Below are positions 18,653-28,323 of a DNA stretch of 64,000 nt, piece by piece. The stretch is from Candidatus Dojkabacteria bacterium. Its GTDB lineage: Bacteria > Patescibacteriota > Dojkabacteria > JAHIVN01. The stretch spans positions 1,014 through 65,013 of the forward strand of contig JAFGDO010000001.1 of NCBI GenBank assembly GCA_016932045.1, read 5' to 3'. The translations under genes and the position numbers were made by a program. How positions within the stretch are numbered: position 1 is the first letter of the stretch; each line of letters opens with the position of its first letter. A model generated the notes under the pieces. The model made no database searches and had not been told where the DNA came from. It saw nothing but the letters and a program-made list of their open reading frames with translations.

Positions 18653-20107
18653 TTACAATAAACCAACTAACATTGCTATGCCTAAACAAGCAATTATTAA
18701 ACCAGCAACTAAATGTAGTATTCTAATCTTTTTATCCTTCCACTCAGATATATCTTCTACCTTTGAAATACCAAAATAGACAATACAAGTAATGAGCAAC
18801 ATAGGGGAAATAAAAATAAGATTGTATATAATAAGATGTGGTATGGATTTTAATGTATCCTCAAATGATAACATACCGCCTAAGATTATATATGGGCCTA
18901 TCGTACATGGAAGAAGAAACAAAGTGACGAATAAACCCACACCAAATGCCCCATTAGGCGAAGTGATACCTTCTATAATCTTTTTGATCTTAGGTCTTAA
19001 AGACATCGGCATTTCTGTACCCAAGCTCCCCGGCTTATAACTTAGAAAATCTTTAATCTGCAAAACACCAAGAATAATTGCCATAATCCCAAAGAATTTG
19101 TAAAGGATCAGCCTTATATTTGTGATAGCTTGAACAATCTTAAAGAATCGAATAATCACTAATCCATATACCATGTACATTATAAAAACTGAAAATGAAA
19201 AGGCTAATCCTGCAAGTATGATATTTTTCTTATTCTTTGGATTATAAGAAATAATGGCTATCAGCATCATAGTTAAGACAGCAAGAGCGCATGGATTTAC
19301 AGCATCAACCGCAGCAAGTGAAATAGTCTTTCCTAACAATACTTTTGTCTGTTCAATTTCTCCGCTTGAATTATTTTCTTCTTGTTCATTGCTAATTTCA
19401 ACACTTTCACCTTTAACCGAAGGTCCGTTCCACTGCAATATCCAGCCTTCAACCTTTGCAGCATTATCAAAATGAACAGATGAGCCTGAAAGTTGCACAT
19501 CTTGCTCCTCAATTATTTGAATACTATTCTGTTCAAAAAGTCCATTTATATCTACACCTGAAATGAATTCTTTAATTATTTCGTTACTTCCATTTTGATT
19601 CTGCTCTGTCTTAATTGCTACTCTATCTTTTGTCCAAACTTTCGGCTTACCAGAAAGATCCGAAATATTTCCGATTGAAACACTTGATCCATCGCTTAAG
19701 GGTAATTTATTTCCAGCATGATTTTCATATTCCTCTCTAAAAGACGATAAAATCGGTTTATCACCAACAATATTTTTATCTTTATCGAAAATAACAAGAG
19801 GAATATGATATCCACAATTATAGTTTGTATTGTATTCATCTATGAATATAGCATTTTGACTTTCCTGATAAACTTCATATTCAACAACGACAAGATCCGG
19901 ATACTCATGCAGCCAGTCTTTTAGTAATATAGAATCAACCTTAGCACAATGCGGGCAGCCAATACCCGTAAAATAAACTACAAAGGTAGGCTCATTAACT
20001 TGAGCTGAAACATTAGTTATAGAAATAAATGCAAATATAACTATTGTGAGAGGGATAAGAAAAGTTCTTTTTATTAATTCCTTGAACTTATCAATTATTC
20101 TTTTCAT
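18653..20107 (-). CDS. Secreted thioredoxin-like domain fused to a CcdA/DsbD-type transmembrane thiol-disulfide transporter.
   Basis: Signal peptide. VVYFTGIGCPHCAKV (CxxC thioredoxin motif). C-terminal 6-8 TM with AVNPCALAVL and LLPCTIGPYI, the two conserved Cys of the CcdA/DsbD beta domain. Confidence 0.7.
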   Translation of the reverse strand: MKRIIDKFKELIKRTFLIPLTIVIFAFISITNVSAQVNEPTFVVYFTGIGCPHCAKVDSILLKDWLHEYPDLVVVEYEVYQESQNAIFIDEYNTNYNCGYHIPLVIFDKDKNIVGDKPILSSFREEYENHAGNKLPLSDGSSVSIGNISDLSGKPKVWTKDRVAIKTEQNQNGSNEIIKEFISGVDINGLFEQNSIQIIEEQDVQLSGSSVHFDNAAKVEGWILQWNGPSVKGESVEISNEQEENNSSGEIEQTKVLLGKTISLAAVDAVNPCALAVLTMMLIAIISYNPKNKKNIILAGLAFSFSVFIMYMVYGLVIIRFFKIVQAITNIRLILYKFFGIMAIILGVLQIKDFLSYKPGSLGTEMPMSLRPKIKKIIEGITSPNGAFGVGLFVTLFLLPCTIGPYIILGGMLSFEDTLKSIPHLIIYNLIFISPMLLITCIVYFGISKVEDISEWKDKKIRILHLVAGLIIACLGIAMLVGLL

Positions 20108-20384
20108 AAGATAACAGACACTTCAAAATCTTTAATATTTTTGGTCTTTGACTTTTTCTAATAGAATATTTTATATGCAGTCCAATTTTTCTGCTTTTTA
20201 AAATGCCTAAATCTGTCAATACCTTTAAGTGATGGGATATCAAATTATTTGGAATATCTAGTTTCTCTACCAACTCACAAGCACATGTTTCCCTTTTGCT
20301 TAATATAAACAGAATCTTCACTCTATTCAACTGAAGCAACTTTTTAATCCTTTTGATATTTTTATCTAGACTCTCTGCTATCAT
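20091..20384 (-). CDS. ArsR/SmtB-family winged-helix transcriptional regulator.
   Basis: ETCACELVEKLDIPNNLISHHLKVLTDLGIL is an ArsR-type HTH with a metal/redox-sensing Cys pair. The 3' end overlaps the trx-ccdA fusion gene by 17 nt. Confidence 0.75.
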   Translation of the reverse strand: MIAESLDKNIKRIKKLLQLNRVKILFILSKRETCACELVEKLDIPNNLISHHLKVLTDLGILKSRKIGLHIKYSIRKSQRPKILKILKCLLSYEKNN

Positions 20385-20599
20385 TTTTTTTACAAATAGA
20401 TTTTTAAGTATTTCAATTACGATTGAAATACTATCATTTTTAATTTACTTCGTCAAGAAAAGCAGTCTTCCTTAAGAATCAAAACATAGAAAGCAATTAT
20501 CTTAAATGGCTACTTATTTGATATAAGAAAGAATAATTAGTACTTAATGCAGATTAAACGAAAGGCATATAAATCACTCTTTACTACTACTACCATATT

Positions 20600-21823
20600 T
20601 TGATATCCTACATAATAATTTCTTTTCCTTTTATTTTCTTCCTAATGAAAAATAGTATTTTGAAATACTTTATAAAGAAAAAAGGAGATATATTCTCAAT
20701 TTTACTTTTTCTGTTAATCATTTTTTTAGCCTGGGTATTCATACCTAAAATTCCTCTTTTGAAAAGAGAAGGACAGGTAGTCAAATATATTGACCCCATC
20801 TATGTAACTGTTGCAGATGTAAAACAAAACACAGTAACTGAAATTGACGTTAAACAAAATGAAATTGAAATGCTAGAAGATACAATTGGTTTCTATCTAC
20901 CAAATGGAGAATACAGAGAGATAACTCTTTCCCACCTTTCAGATGACTATAGAGTTAGAGAGGGAGATCATATAATAGTCTATTCTTTTGATGATCAAAC
21001 TTACTTCTACCATGATATAAATAGAGTTTATTACTTAAAGTATTTAATAATATTATTTATTATTATTGTAGCGTTAATCGGAGGCATCCTTGGTGTAAAA
21101 GCATTATTATCCCTTGGTTTTTCATGCGTAATTTTGATCCTTGGACTCATACCCCTTCTGGAAAAAGGATATGATCCCATTCTTGTTATTATTGGAATAG
21201 GATTTCTCATAATTTCCTCGTCTTTATTCTTTTTATACGGATTTAAAAAGAGGACTCTTATCGCACTACTAGGTACTTCAATAGGATTATTCTTATCATC
21301 ACTACTTAGCCTGCTTTATGTTGACCTACTTAGACTGACAGGCATTCAGGACGAAATCGACAGCTTTTTATACAGCTATTCTCCAGTAAATTTTAATATG
21401 AAAAATTTACTGACAGGAAGTTTTATACTTGGAACACTCGGGGTTATAGATGATGTAACAATCAGCCAGGTGATAACTGTAGAAGAGATCTACAATAATG
21501 CTAAAAACATCTCGACCAAGGAGTTGTTTCTTTCTGCCATGAAAATTGGCAGGAGTCATATTGCCTCAATGGTCAATACACTTTTTCTTGCTTATTTTTC
21601 CGTTTCGTTATCGCTTATACTTGTTGTTTCGATGCAGAACTGGGATATCAATTTACTTCTCAACAAACGTTTTATAGCAACAGAAATAGTCAGAACCTTG
21701 GTAGGAAGCATGGGTTTAGTTGTTTCTGTCCCAATAACCACTTATCTCTCGTGCATAGCACCCAAAAAGACAATTCTAAAAAAACCAACAAAATATTTGT
21801 TGAAGCTTTTCCAGAAAGCTTAG
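20600..21823 (+). CDS. Polytopic membrane protein, possibly YibE/F-like.
   Basis: N-terminal TM, about 100-aa soluble region, then about 8 TM helices. Family assignment from overall architecture only. Confidence 0.4.
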   Translation: MISYIIISFPFIFFLMKNSILKYFIKKKGDIFSILLFLLIIFLAWVFIPKIPLLKREGQVVKYIDPIYVTVADVKQNTVTEIDVKQNEIEMLEDTIGFYLPNGEYREITLSHLSDDYRVREGDHIIVYSFDDQTYFYHDINRVYYLKYLIILFIIIVALIGGILGVKALLSLGFSCVILILGLIPLLEKGYDPILVIIGIGFLIISSSLFFLYGFKKRTLIALLGTSIGLFLSSLLSLLYVDLLRLTGIQDEIDSFLYSYSPVNFNMKNLLTGSFILGTLGVIDDVTISQVITVEEIYNNAKNISTKELFLSAMKIGRSHIASMVNTLFLAYFSVSLSLILVVSMQNWDINLLLNKRFIATEIVRTLVGSMGLVVSVPITTYLSCIAPKKTILKKPTKYLLKLFQKA

Positions 21824-21963
21824 TTTGAAATCCTCACTCTTCCCTTTTCGATTCCGATATGATTATTAAGATTGATAATTTAAATATTAAGGTTATCAAT
21901 CAGTTTGTTTTTTATATTCTTTGCAGATATGATCTAACTAATAAGCTTAAATAATCTAAGTCC

Positions 21964-23442
21964 ATGAAAACGAAAAAGTTTACAATTCTTCACTCGAATG
22001 ATATGCACGGTGACTTTCTTGCAGAGGTGCAAAAAAGTGCTAAAGGTAAAAAAAGTAAACTCATCGGTGGGTTAGCATTGCTATCAGGCTACATCAATAA
22101 AGTTAGGAAAGAAGAAGAGAATGTATTATATGTAATTTCCGGAGATATGCTGCAGGGTTCGATCATCGACTCGGAATACAAAGGAATATCAACAATTGAA
22201 ATCATGAACTATCTAGCCCCTGATGTTGTTGCACTCGGCAATCATGAGTTTGATTACGGCCTACCTCACCTGCTCTTTCTTGAAAGAGTTGCAAATTTCC
22301 CGATTGTAAATGCAAATCTTTATATAAAAAAATACAACAAACGTCTGATGATACCCTATCTGATTATAAAAAAGGCTGGATTTGAAATCATGTTTACAGG
22401 GATAATTACTGAAAAGGTCATGGACAGTATAAAACTTGACGAACTTGTCGGCAGCTTTATAACTCTTGAAGAAGCAAGTGCTGAAACAGGAAAGATCTGT
22501 AACGCATATAAGAACGATGATATAGATCTAACAATTTTGCTAACCCATATCGGTCTTGAGTCAGATATCAAGCTAGCAAGGCTACTAAAAAAAGAATGGG
22601 GCGTTGATATGATTATCGGCGGACATTCTCATTCCATTCTTGATAATCCAAAGAAAGTTAACAATATCTTGATCACACAGGCTGGTGTAGGGACCGATCA
22701 AATAGGACGATTCGATATCACAGTTGACGACGATACGAATAGTATTATTAAATACAATTGGAAGCTTATACCTATAAATGAAAAGCTTGCAAAGCCCGAC
22801 AAAAAACTAGAGGAATTCATTGAAAAATTTAAGAAAAAAGTCGACAGAAAATACAACACAATTGTTTGCAAACTTGCAAAGAAGCTAACACATCCGAAAA
22901 GAGAAACAGAAACTGCACTTGGGAATTTAATAGCTGACTCATTTGTTGATTCAGCACAGTGTGATGTCATGCTTGTTGGGAGCGGATCTATCCGGTTAAA
23001 AAATCTTGGACCACTGGTAACTCTCAAGGATCTACTTGCCTGTTTTCCCTTTGATGATTCTTTATCAAGATTTTCAATAAGCGGGTCTAGATTAATAAAA
23101 ATGTTCAATCACATCATGAGGAAAGAAAACAGAAACAGCGAAGGCGAATGTTACCAGGTAAACGGATCTATCCGTGCCGTGTATAGTGATTCTACAAAAA
23201 GCCTCAAATCTCTAACTATAAACGGTGTCAAAGTAACAAGTACTAATTTTTATACAATATGCCTTCAGGGTTATCATATAAAGAATTCTAAAGAATATTT
23301 AAACATGACAAGTGAAGAACTCACCGAATCAAAAGAGTCGAAAGTTGTAACCACATCCGCACAAGAAGTTTTAGAGGAATTTCTCAGAAATAATCAGAAT
23401 ATTAAAAGAGAAGTAGAAGGCCGACTTGTCTTTAAAAGGTAA
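21964..23442 (+). CDS. Bifunctional metallophosphatase/5'-nucleotidase family protein (UshA-like).
   Basis: ILHSNDMHGDF (motif I), GNHEFDYG (motif III), GGHSH, followed by a C-terminal 5'-nucleotidase substrate-binding domain. Confidence 0.8.
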   Translation: MKTKKFTILHSNDMHGDFLAEVQKSAKGKKSKLIGGLALLSGYINKVRKEEENVLYVISGDMLQGSIIDSEYKGISTIEIMNYLAPDVVALGNHEFDYGLPHLLFLERVANFPIVNANLYIKKYNKRLMIPYLIIKKAGFEIMFTGIITEKVMDSIKLDELVGSFITLEEASAETGKICNAYKNDDIDLTILLTHIGLESDIKLARLLKKEWGVDMIIGGHSHSILDNPKKVNNILITQAGVGTDQIGRFDITVDDDTNSIIKYNWKLIPINEKLAKPDKKLEEFIEKFKKKVDRKYNTIVCKLAKKLTHPKRETETALGNLIADSFVDSAQCDVMLVGSGSIRLKNLGPLVTLKDLLACFPFDDSLSRFSISGSRLIKMFNHIMRKENRNSEGECYQVNGSIRAVYSDSTKSLKSLTINGVKVTSTNFYTICLQGYHIKNSKEYLNMTSEELTESKESKVVTTSAQEVLEEFLRNNQNIKREVEGRLVFKR

Positions 23443-23466
23443 GAGACACTATCTAGGATCGTAACA

Positions 23467-23958
23467 CTATAGCTGCATTTGAGTATCATATACTTCTTCA
23501 ACCCACCATCCTTGAAAAACCTGCAACGGTAATTTACCAGCACACGCCAACCTGACAGCATGAGGAATCGGCACCCACATCCAATCTTTATGTTTTCCCG
23601 GCTCGCTTCTCTCAGGATCAATTTCTCCAGTACTTTCGTCCCAGTAAGTAAAGAAACAAGTTACTCTTGCTAATCCTTTACTAACAAATAACGCGAAAGG
23701 ATATCGGGCGGCTTCAATTAGATAATCAAATTTAACAGTGAGCCCAGTTTCTTCTCTTAATTCTCTTAACGCACATCCTTCCGGATCCTCACCTGATTCC
23801 AAAGTTCCTCCGGGGAATGTAAGCTGCCCAGCATTTGGACCAAGTAATCTTTCTGCAATTAAGATACAAGGCTGAGAATTGATATACCTAACCATTATAA
23901 CAAGTGCTACTTCTGTTGATACTTGTATCTCTGGCAGTGGAAGTTCTGTTTGTACCAT
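23467..23958 (-). CDS. NUDIX hydrolase, compositionally atypical.
   Basis: Nudix box GGTLESGEDPEGCALRELREETGL (GX5EX7REUXEEXGU). Codon and amino-acid usage are visibly GC/Arg/Ala-richer than neighbouring genes. Confidence 0.8.
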   Translation of the reverse strand: MVQTELPLPEIQVSTEVALVIMVRYINSQPCILIAERLLGPNAGQLTFPGGTLESGEDPEGCALRELREETGLTVKFDYLIEAARYPFALFVSKGLARVTCFFTYWDESTGEIDPERSEPGKHKDWMWVPIPHAVRLACAGKLPLQVFQGWWVEEVYDTQMQL

Positions 23959-24045
23959 GTTGTCGTGGATAGTTTAGCTTTTATACTTTTAATTTTACCA
24001 AAATCAAAGCTTAAAATGGAGATAAACACATCTAGTAATATAATT

Positions 24046-24924
24046 CTAGGCAGTTTGTGTTGAAAATAGCTTATTTTTTAGAAAGCTTGAGAATGCTTTC
24101 ACTTCCGGAGAATTTATAGTCATTCCGGGGAATCTATTCATTTCCAATAAATAAGGTTTACTGGTCACTCTATCGATCACAATATCTGCTCTCCCCCACT
24201 CCAGGTCTAAAAGCCGACATGCATCCACTGCGATTCTTTTTACCTCTGAACTTACATCTTTTATATCCTGGAAAACCTCTTTTGCCCCCCAGCACGCATT
24301 ATTTCTGAATTCGCTTTTTGATCTATAGCTTTTCTCGGCAGATATAACCTCACCATTTGAAACTAATATTCCCCAGTCGTAATCGTTTGGGATAAATTGC
24401 TGAAAAATAAAACCTTTGTTTTCGGGCAACTTATCAAGTATATTTACCAACTCTTCCTTTGAATGAATTAAGTGGCTATTCTTTCCTCTTGAACCCTGTG
24501 TATCCTTTACGATAACCGGGAATCCGCAAAGGTCTGCTATCAAGTCTACTTTTTCTTTCTTATTACATTTATTTTGAAAAAAAGAATTTGGAATAGGAAG
24601 TTTATGTAAATCGAACCAAGTCAAATCAACTAACTTTGAGGTTCCTTCACCATAATTAACCTTTGTGTGTGGGACATCATGATAGTCAAGATACACCGAA
24701 ATTGCCCTACTGATATCCCTTGCACCAAAAAGTGAAGATAGCCAGACAAAATCATACTCCTTGATATCACGTCCATTATGTAATATTCTTAGTTCGCAAT
24801 TGAAGCGGAATTCAATATCACTAAATCTACCTCGAAAAATTTCAATATTTTCACCTAGATCCTTCTTTATCTCTTCGATTTTTACAGGAGCAGGTAAAAT
24901 TAGGACCTGCATCTTGGCATTCAT
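24046..24924 (-). CDS. ATP-grasp fold ligase, RimK-like.
   Basis: GFPVIVKDTQGSRGKNSHLIHSKEEL (ATP-grasp B-loop resembling RimK PVVVKPxxGSxGxGV) and C-terminal LLEMNRFPGM (resembling RimK LEVNSSPG). Confidence 0.55.
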   Translation of the reverse strand: MNAKMQVLILPAPVKIEEIKKDLGENIEIFRGRFSDIEFRFNCELRILHNGRDIKEYDFVWLSSLFGARDISRAISVYLDYHDVPHTKVNYGEGTSKLVDLTWFDLHKLPIPNSFFQNKCNKKEKVDLIADLCGFPVIVKDTQGSRGKNSHLIHSKEELVNILDKLPENKGFIFQQFIPNDYDWGILVSNGEVISAEKSYRSKSEFRNNACWGAKEVFQDIKDVSSEVKRIAVDACRLLDLEWGRADIVIDRVTSKPYLLEMNRFPGMTINSPEVKAFSSFLKNKLFSTQTA

Positions 24925-25247
24925 AGTTTTTTTATCCTTTCCTTAAATTAATATGATTTATTAGCTGGGCTAAGCAGAGTTTTTTCAACCCGAAAGTATT
25001 AAATTCTTTCTTTAGTGCTGTTTATTCGGTAATTTGATTCGAAAAGGGGATAGACTTTTCTTATTGAATCCGAATAGAAAGACTTGATTTTCAATAGGTG
25101 TTTATATTATATCATCAATATAATAAGAATACAAAGGAAGTAGCGTATACTTATAAATATATTTCTATAAACATAGAAACTAGTTCTTTTCTCAGGGGAA
25201 AAATAGTAATATTATGAACTAGATACAAATATGTTTTTTATGAATAT

Positions 25248-26084
25248 TTATAGCGGTGATTCTACCTCTTTCTCCTCGGCCCAAGCGGAAAATAATACTT
25301 CAATTTTTACATCTTCAAAATAGCAAGTTCCTTCGATTCCTTGTGCAGTACTTGTGGATAGACTTAGCCCAACAGTTATGCGATCTATACTCAAAGCGTA
25401 TCTCATTATCGTCTTATTCTCCTTATCAACCCAAACCTCAGCATATGCTCCTTCGATTGCTTCTTCCTCACCAGCAAGTGCTATGACGTTATTCAGGATA
25501 TCTCCCTCAAGACTATCTATAAGTTCCTGGACATCATCTTTAGTAAGCTCTATCTTTAAATGATAACACTCTACTCCGTCAATATTCTCATCTTCTAGCG
25601 TCTCAACTTCCTGATCTGCTCGCAAGTTAAAGAACATCTTATACGGTTCAAAGCCCCAGTCTTCCCCCTCCTCCTTTTTAGCCTCCTTAAAATCCGACAT
25701 ACTTTCATTCAAGTAATAGTACTTATCACCATCTCTAAATATTTCATAATCTGCCTTACTCTTTTTTTCTTCTGTCTCGAGATATATTTGAGAATGCATT
25801 CTATCATTCTTATTATCCTCTTTTACTATCATTAAGCTGGTTATATCATAGGTCGTATCATTTCCAGGATACTGTGGAACCACGAAACTTGTGGTAAAGC
25901 GTCGTGTTAGCTCATACTCATAATAATCTGCAGTTGACAAATTCTCAATGGATTTTTTGTATGAAGAACCAGCATTGTCAAGTTGTGATATGAACCATAT
26001 CACCGAGCAACAACAAAAAAAAGCTAAGAAAAGAAGTATGATAGCACCAACGATTAGAAAAATAATGGGCTTCTTATTCTTCAT
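25248..26084 (-). CDS. Hypothetical membrane-anchored protein (paralog A of a tandem pair).
   Basis: N-terminal TM with a Cys cluster (LLFLAFFCCCSVIWFIS). Shares the DG-x-(E/D)CYH-x-(K/E)-(I/V)-x-L motif and overall acidic composition with the adjacent gene. Confidence 0.5.
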   Translation of the reverse strand: MKNKKPIIFLIVGAIILLFLAFFCCCSVIWFISQLDNAGSSYKKSIENLSTADYYEYELTRRFTTSFVVPQYPGNDTTYDITSLMIVKEDNKNDRMHSQIYLETEEKKSKADYEIFRDGDKYYYLNESMSDFKEAKKEEGEDWGFEPYKMFFNLRADQEVETLEDENIDGVECYHLKIELTKDDVQELIDSLEGDILNNVIALAGEEEAIEGAYAEVWVDKENKTIMRYALSIDRITVGLSLSTSTAQGIEGTCYFEDVKIEVLFSAWAEEKEVESPL

Positions 26085-26102
26085 TCACGAACGGATATGA
26101 TT

Positions 26103-26987
26103 TTAAATAGGAGCTTTTATCTCAAATTCCTCGCCCCACTTCATAAACGAAGTAGTAGAAACATAATCATTATAATAGAATCTGAAAGTTGCACCTTGAT
26201 AAGAAGTCTCATATTCAATTCTATCTATTTCAACTTTTACTCTTGCAAATCTTGATGTCTTTTTGGAAACCCAAAGTTCACAAGTTACACCTTCAACCTC
26301 CACATCATTCCTATTTATCTTCTTATCTAAATAGTCCTCTACTGTAGCAACACTAAACCACCTTACAAATATTTCATAGTTTTCTCTAGACAAAGTGACT
26401 TCATAGTGATAACAGTCCTCTCCATCCACTTTCTCATCTTCCAATACTGTATACTCCTCATCTCCAGATAAAGTTTTTAATACTTCTACTTCAGTAACAT
26501 AAAAGATCGAGCTTTCTTCTTCCTGTTCTTCATGTGATTCATACTCCTCGACATCCTTATCACCCCATTGCATATAGACTTTTCCGTCAACCTCCCATGC
26601 CTCAGAGTCGACAGTTTCCTTCCCTCCCACGCTTGAAACCATCTCGAGTGTTTGTTTCTCATGGTAGGAATCTTTTTCAATATTGATTTGCCCATCATAA
26701 ACATCATAGTTATTTACTACTTCTACATCATATTCAGGATAATCGGGTGCAGCAAAACCCTCAGTATATTCAGATTCAGATTTGTATTGCACATATTTTT
26801 CTGTTGTAAATAAATCTGAGGTAGTCGCTTTCTGATAGGCCTTCTCCGGGGTCTGTCTAAGAACAAAACACCAAATTAAAGCTCCGCTGCACGATGATAC
26901 AATACAGCACAAGAGGACTACAACAACGATTATAATTAGAGGTGTTGCCAAAGATTTCTTCTTGGCTGTTTGTGCTTTTTCTGCCAT
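26103..26987 (-). CDS. Hypothetical membrane-anchored protein (paralog B); start probably the internal Met (MAEKAQ...).
   Basis: TM with Cys cluster (VVVLLCCIVSSCSGALIWCFVL). DGEDCYHYEVTL motif parallels DGVECYHLKIEL in paralog A. Confidence 0.45.
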   Translation of the reverse strand: MAEKAQTAKKKSLATPLIIIVVVVLLCCIVSSCSGALIWCFVLRQTPEKAYQKATTSDLFTTEKYVQYKSESEYTEGFAAPDYPEYDVEVVNNYDVYDGQINIEKDSYHEKQTLEMVSSVGGKETVDSEAWEVDGKVYMQWGDKDVEEYESHEEQEEESSIFYVTEVEVLKTLSGDEEYTVLEDEKVDGEDCYHYEVTLSRENYEIFVRWFSVATVEDYLDKKINRNDVEVEGVTCELWVSKKTSRFARVKVEIDRIEYETSYQGATFRFYYNDYVSTTSFMKWGEEFEIKAPI

Positions 26988-27146
26988 TGGATAAAAACAT
27001 AAAAAGTTATTTTTTAACAGTATAGGAAATAATAGAGAATTTAACAAGTATTATGTCGGATACAAGCTGGACTTTAACATGTTTGATAATTGGCACTAGT
27101 TCATATATACTAAAGTCATAAGTTTTTGATTTAGTAATAGCTTCCT

Positions 27147-27386
27147 ATGAAAGGCAACTTGGCAGTAGCATTCCCCAAAAAATTAACAGAAACAGTTGTA
27201 AAACTTCAAAAGGAACTCGGACTTAAGTCTCCCGGCGAAGTTATACTTAAAGCTCTATCACTACTTGAACTGTCAATGGGACGTAAAGTGCAGCTTAAGG
27301 ATGATAAAGAAACGCTAGAAATAAAATCACTGCAAGGTTTGAAGCAGAGTGTAAAAGTCGAAGAACTCCCTGATAAGGAGAACTAA
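27147..27386 (+). CDS. Small ribbon-helix-helix-like DNA-binding protein (tentative).
   Basis: N-terminal beta-strand plus two helices pattern (GNLAVAFPKKLTETVVKLQKELGLKSPGEVILKALSLL), reminiscent of CopG/Arc RHH proteins. Confidence 0.3.
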   Translation: MKGNLAVAFPKKLTETVVKLQKELGLKSPGEVILKALSLLELSMGRKVQLKDDKETLEIKSLQGLKQSVKVEELPDKEN

Positions 27387-27427
27387 GCAATTATATCTGA
27401 ACTAATTTACTGCCTAAAAAATTACAG

Positions 27428-27802
27428 ATGAGTAAAGAGATCGAATTTAAAAGTGACTTTGAAATTGAACCAACAATACACAAGATTGAAGATCTTGATC
27501 CTGGAAAGGATCTGGGAGTAGAGGTCGTAGAAGAACTCCCAGAATCAGAACCAGAAGAACAATTTGAAGTTACACTTAAGAAGAAAAGAGAAGCAACAAG
27601 AGAAAAGCTAGCCTATGTTTTTGTAATTGGATTATTTTTAATAATAATTATAGTTTCTATACTAGGATACCTTTCAGATACAGAACAGGTGCAAAACATC
27701 ACAGATTTGGTACTTGCTATTTCAGGAGTACTTTCTGGTCCTCTTGGATTTATAATTGGCTACTACTTTAAAAGGCAGGAAGAGGAAAAAGAAGCGGAAT
27801 GA
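27428..27802 (+). CDS. Small acidic protein with a single TM helix.
   Basis: Glu-rich N-terminus. TM LAYVFVIGLFLIIIIVSILGYL. Confidence 0.35.
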   Translation: MSKEIEFKSDFEIEPTIHKIEDLDPGKDLGVEVVEELPESEPEEQFEVTLKKKREATREKLAYVFVIGLFLIIIIVSILGYLSDTEQVQNITDLVLAISGVLSGPLGFIIGYYFKRQEEEKEAE

Positions 27803-28261
27803 TCATGGCTCTAATTTAGGCCGCCTTCTCCCATCAGCAAGTTCGTCCACTATACTATAACCCGTTGCAATCATGAGAGCCAAATCAAAATCAATCCTGA
27901 AACCGCATAATGTTTCTTCCTCCTCAACAGCTTCTACCAAAGGTTTAGAACCATGCACTACTACATATAGTGCCGTCATCTGAATTAACTCCCAATGAGA
28001 CCAAGTTAATTCCTCTGTCTGAATAGATCTTAATGCTGCTTGAGAATACTGTGTATCATAATATAAGGCTAGTCCCCATCTTATAACACTAGCCATTTCA
28101 GGACTAATCCTAAAGCAACCCATGCAAAGCTCATTTTCCACAGCCTGATCTACGGGTATATCACCGTGTTCCTCTATATAAATTGCAGCTAGGTGCATTG
28201 ATGAAAGATGAGCATTTGATAATCCTCCTCTGTTTTGTGGTAGTATTTCAGGGGACATCAT
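27803..28261 (-). CDS. Hypothetical protein, compositionally atypical.
   Basis: 152-aa ORF rich in Ala/Leu/Glu/His with locally higher GC. No recognisable motif. Confidence 0.35.
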   Translation of the reverse strand: MMSPEILPQNRGGLSNAHLSSMHLAAIYIEEHGDIPVDQAVENELCMGCFRISPEMASVIRWGLALYYDTQYSQAALRSIQTEELTWSHWELIQMTALYVVVHGSKPLVEAVEEEETLCGFRIDFDLALMIATGYSIVDELADGRRRPKLEP

Positions 28262-28323
28262 GCAGTAGTAAAACTAGATCCACTATCACACGTATAACTT
28301 CATAGCCCTAGAAAAAATTACAC

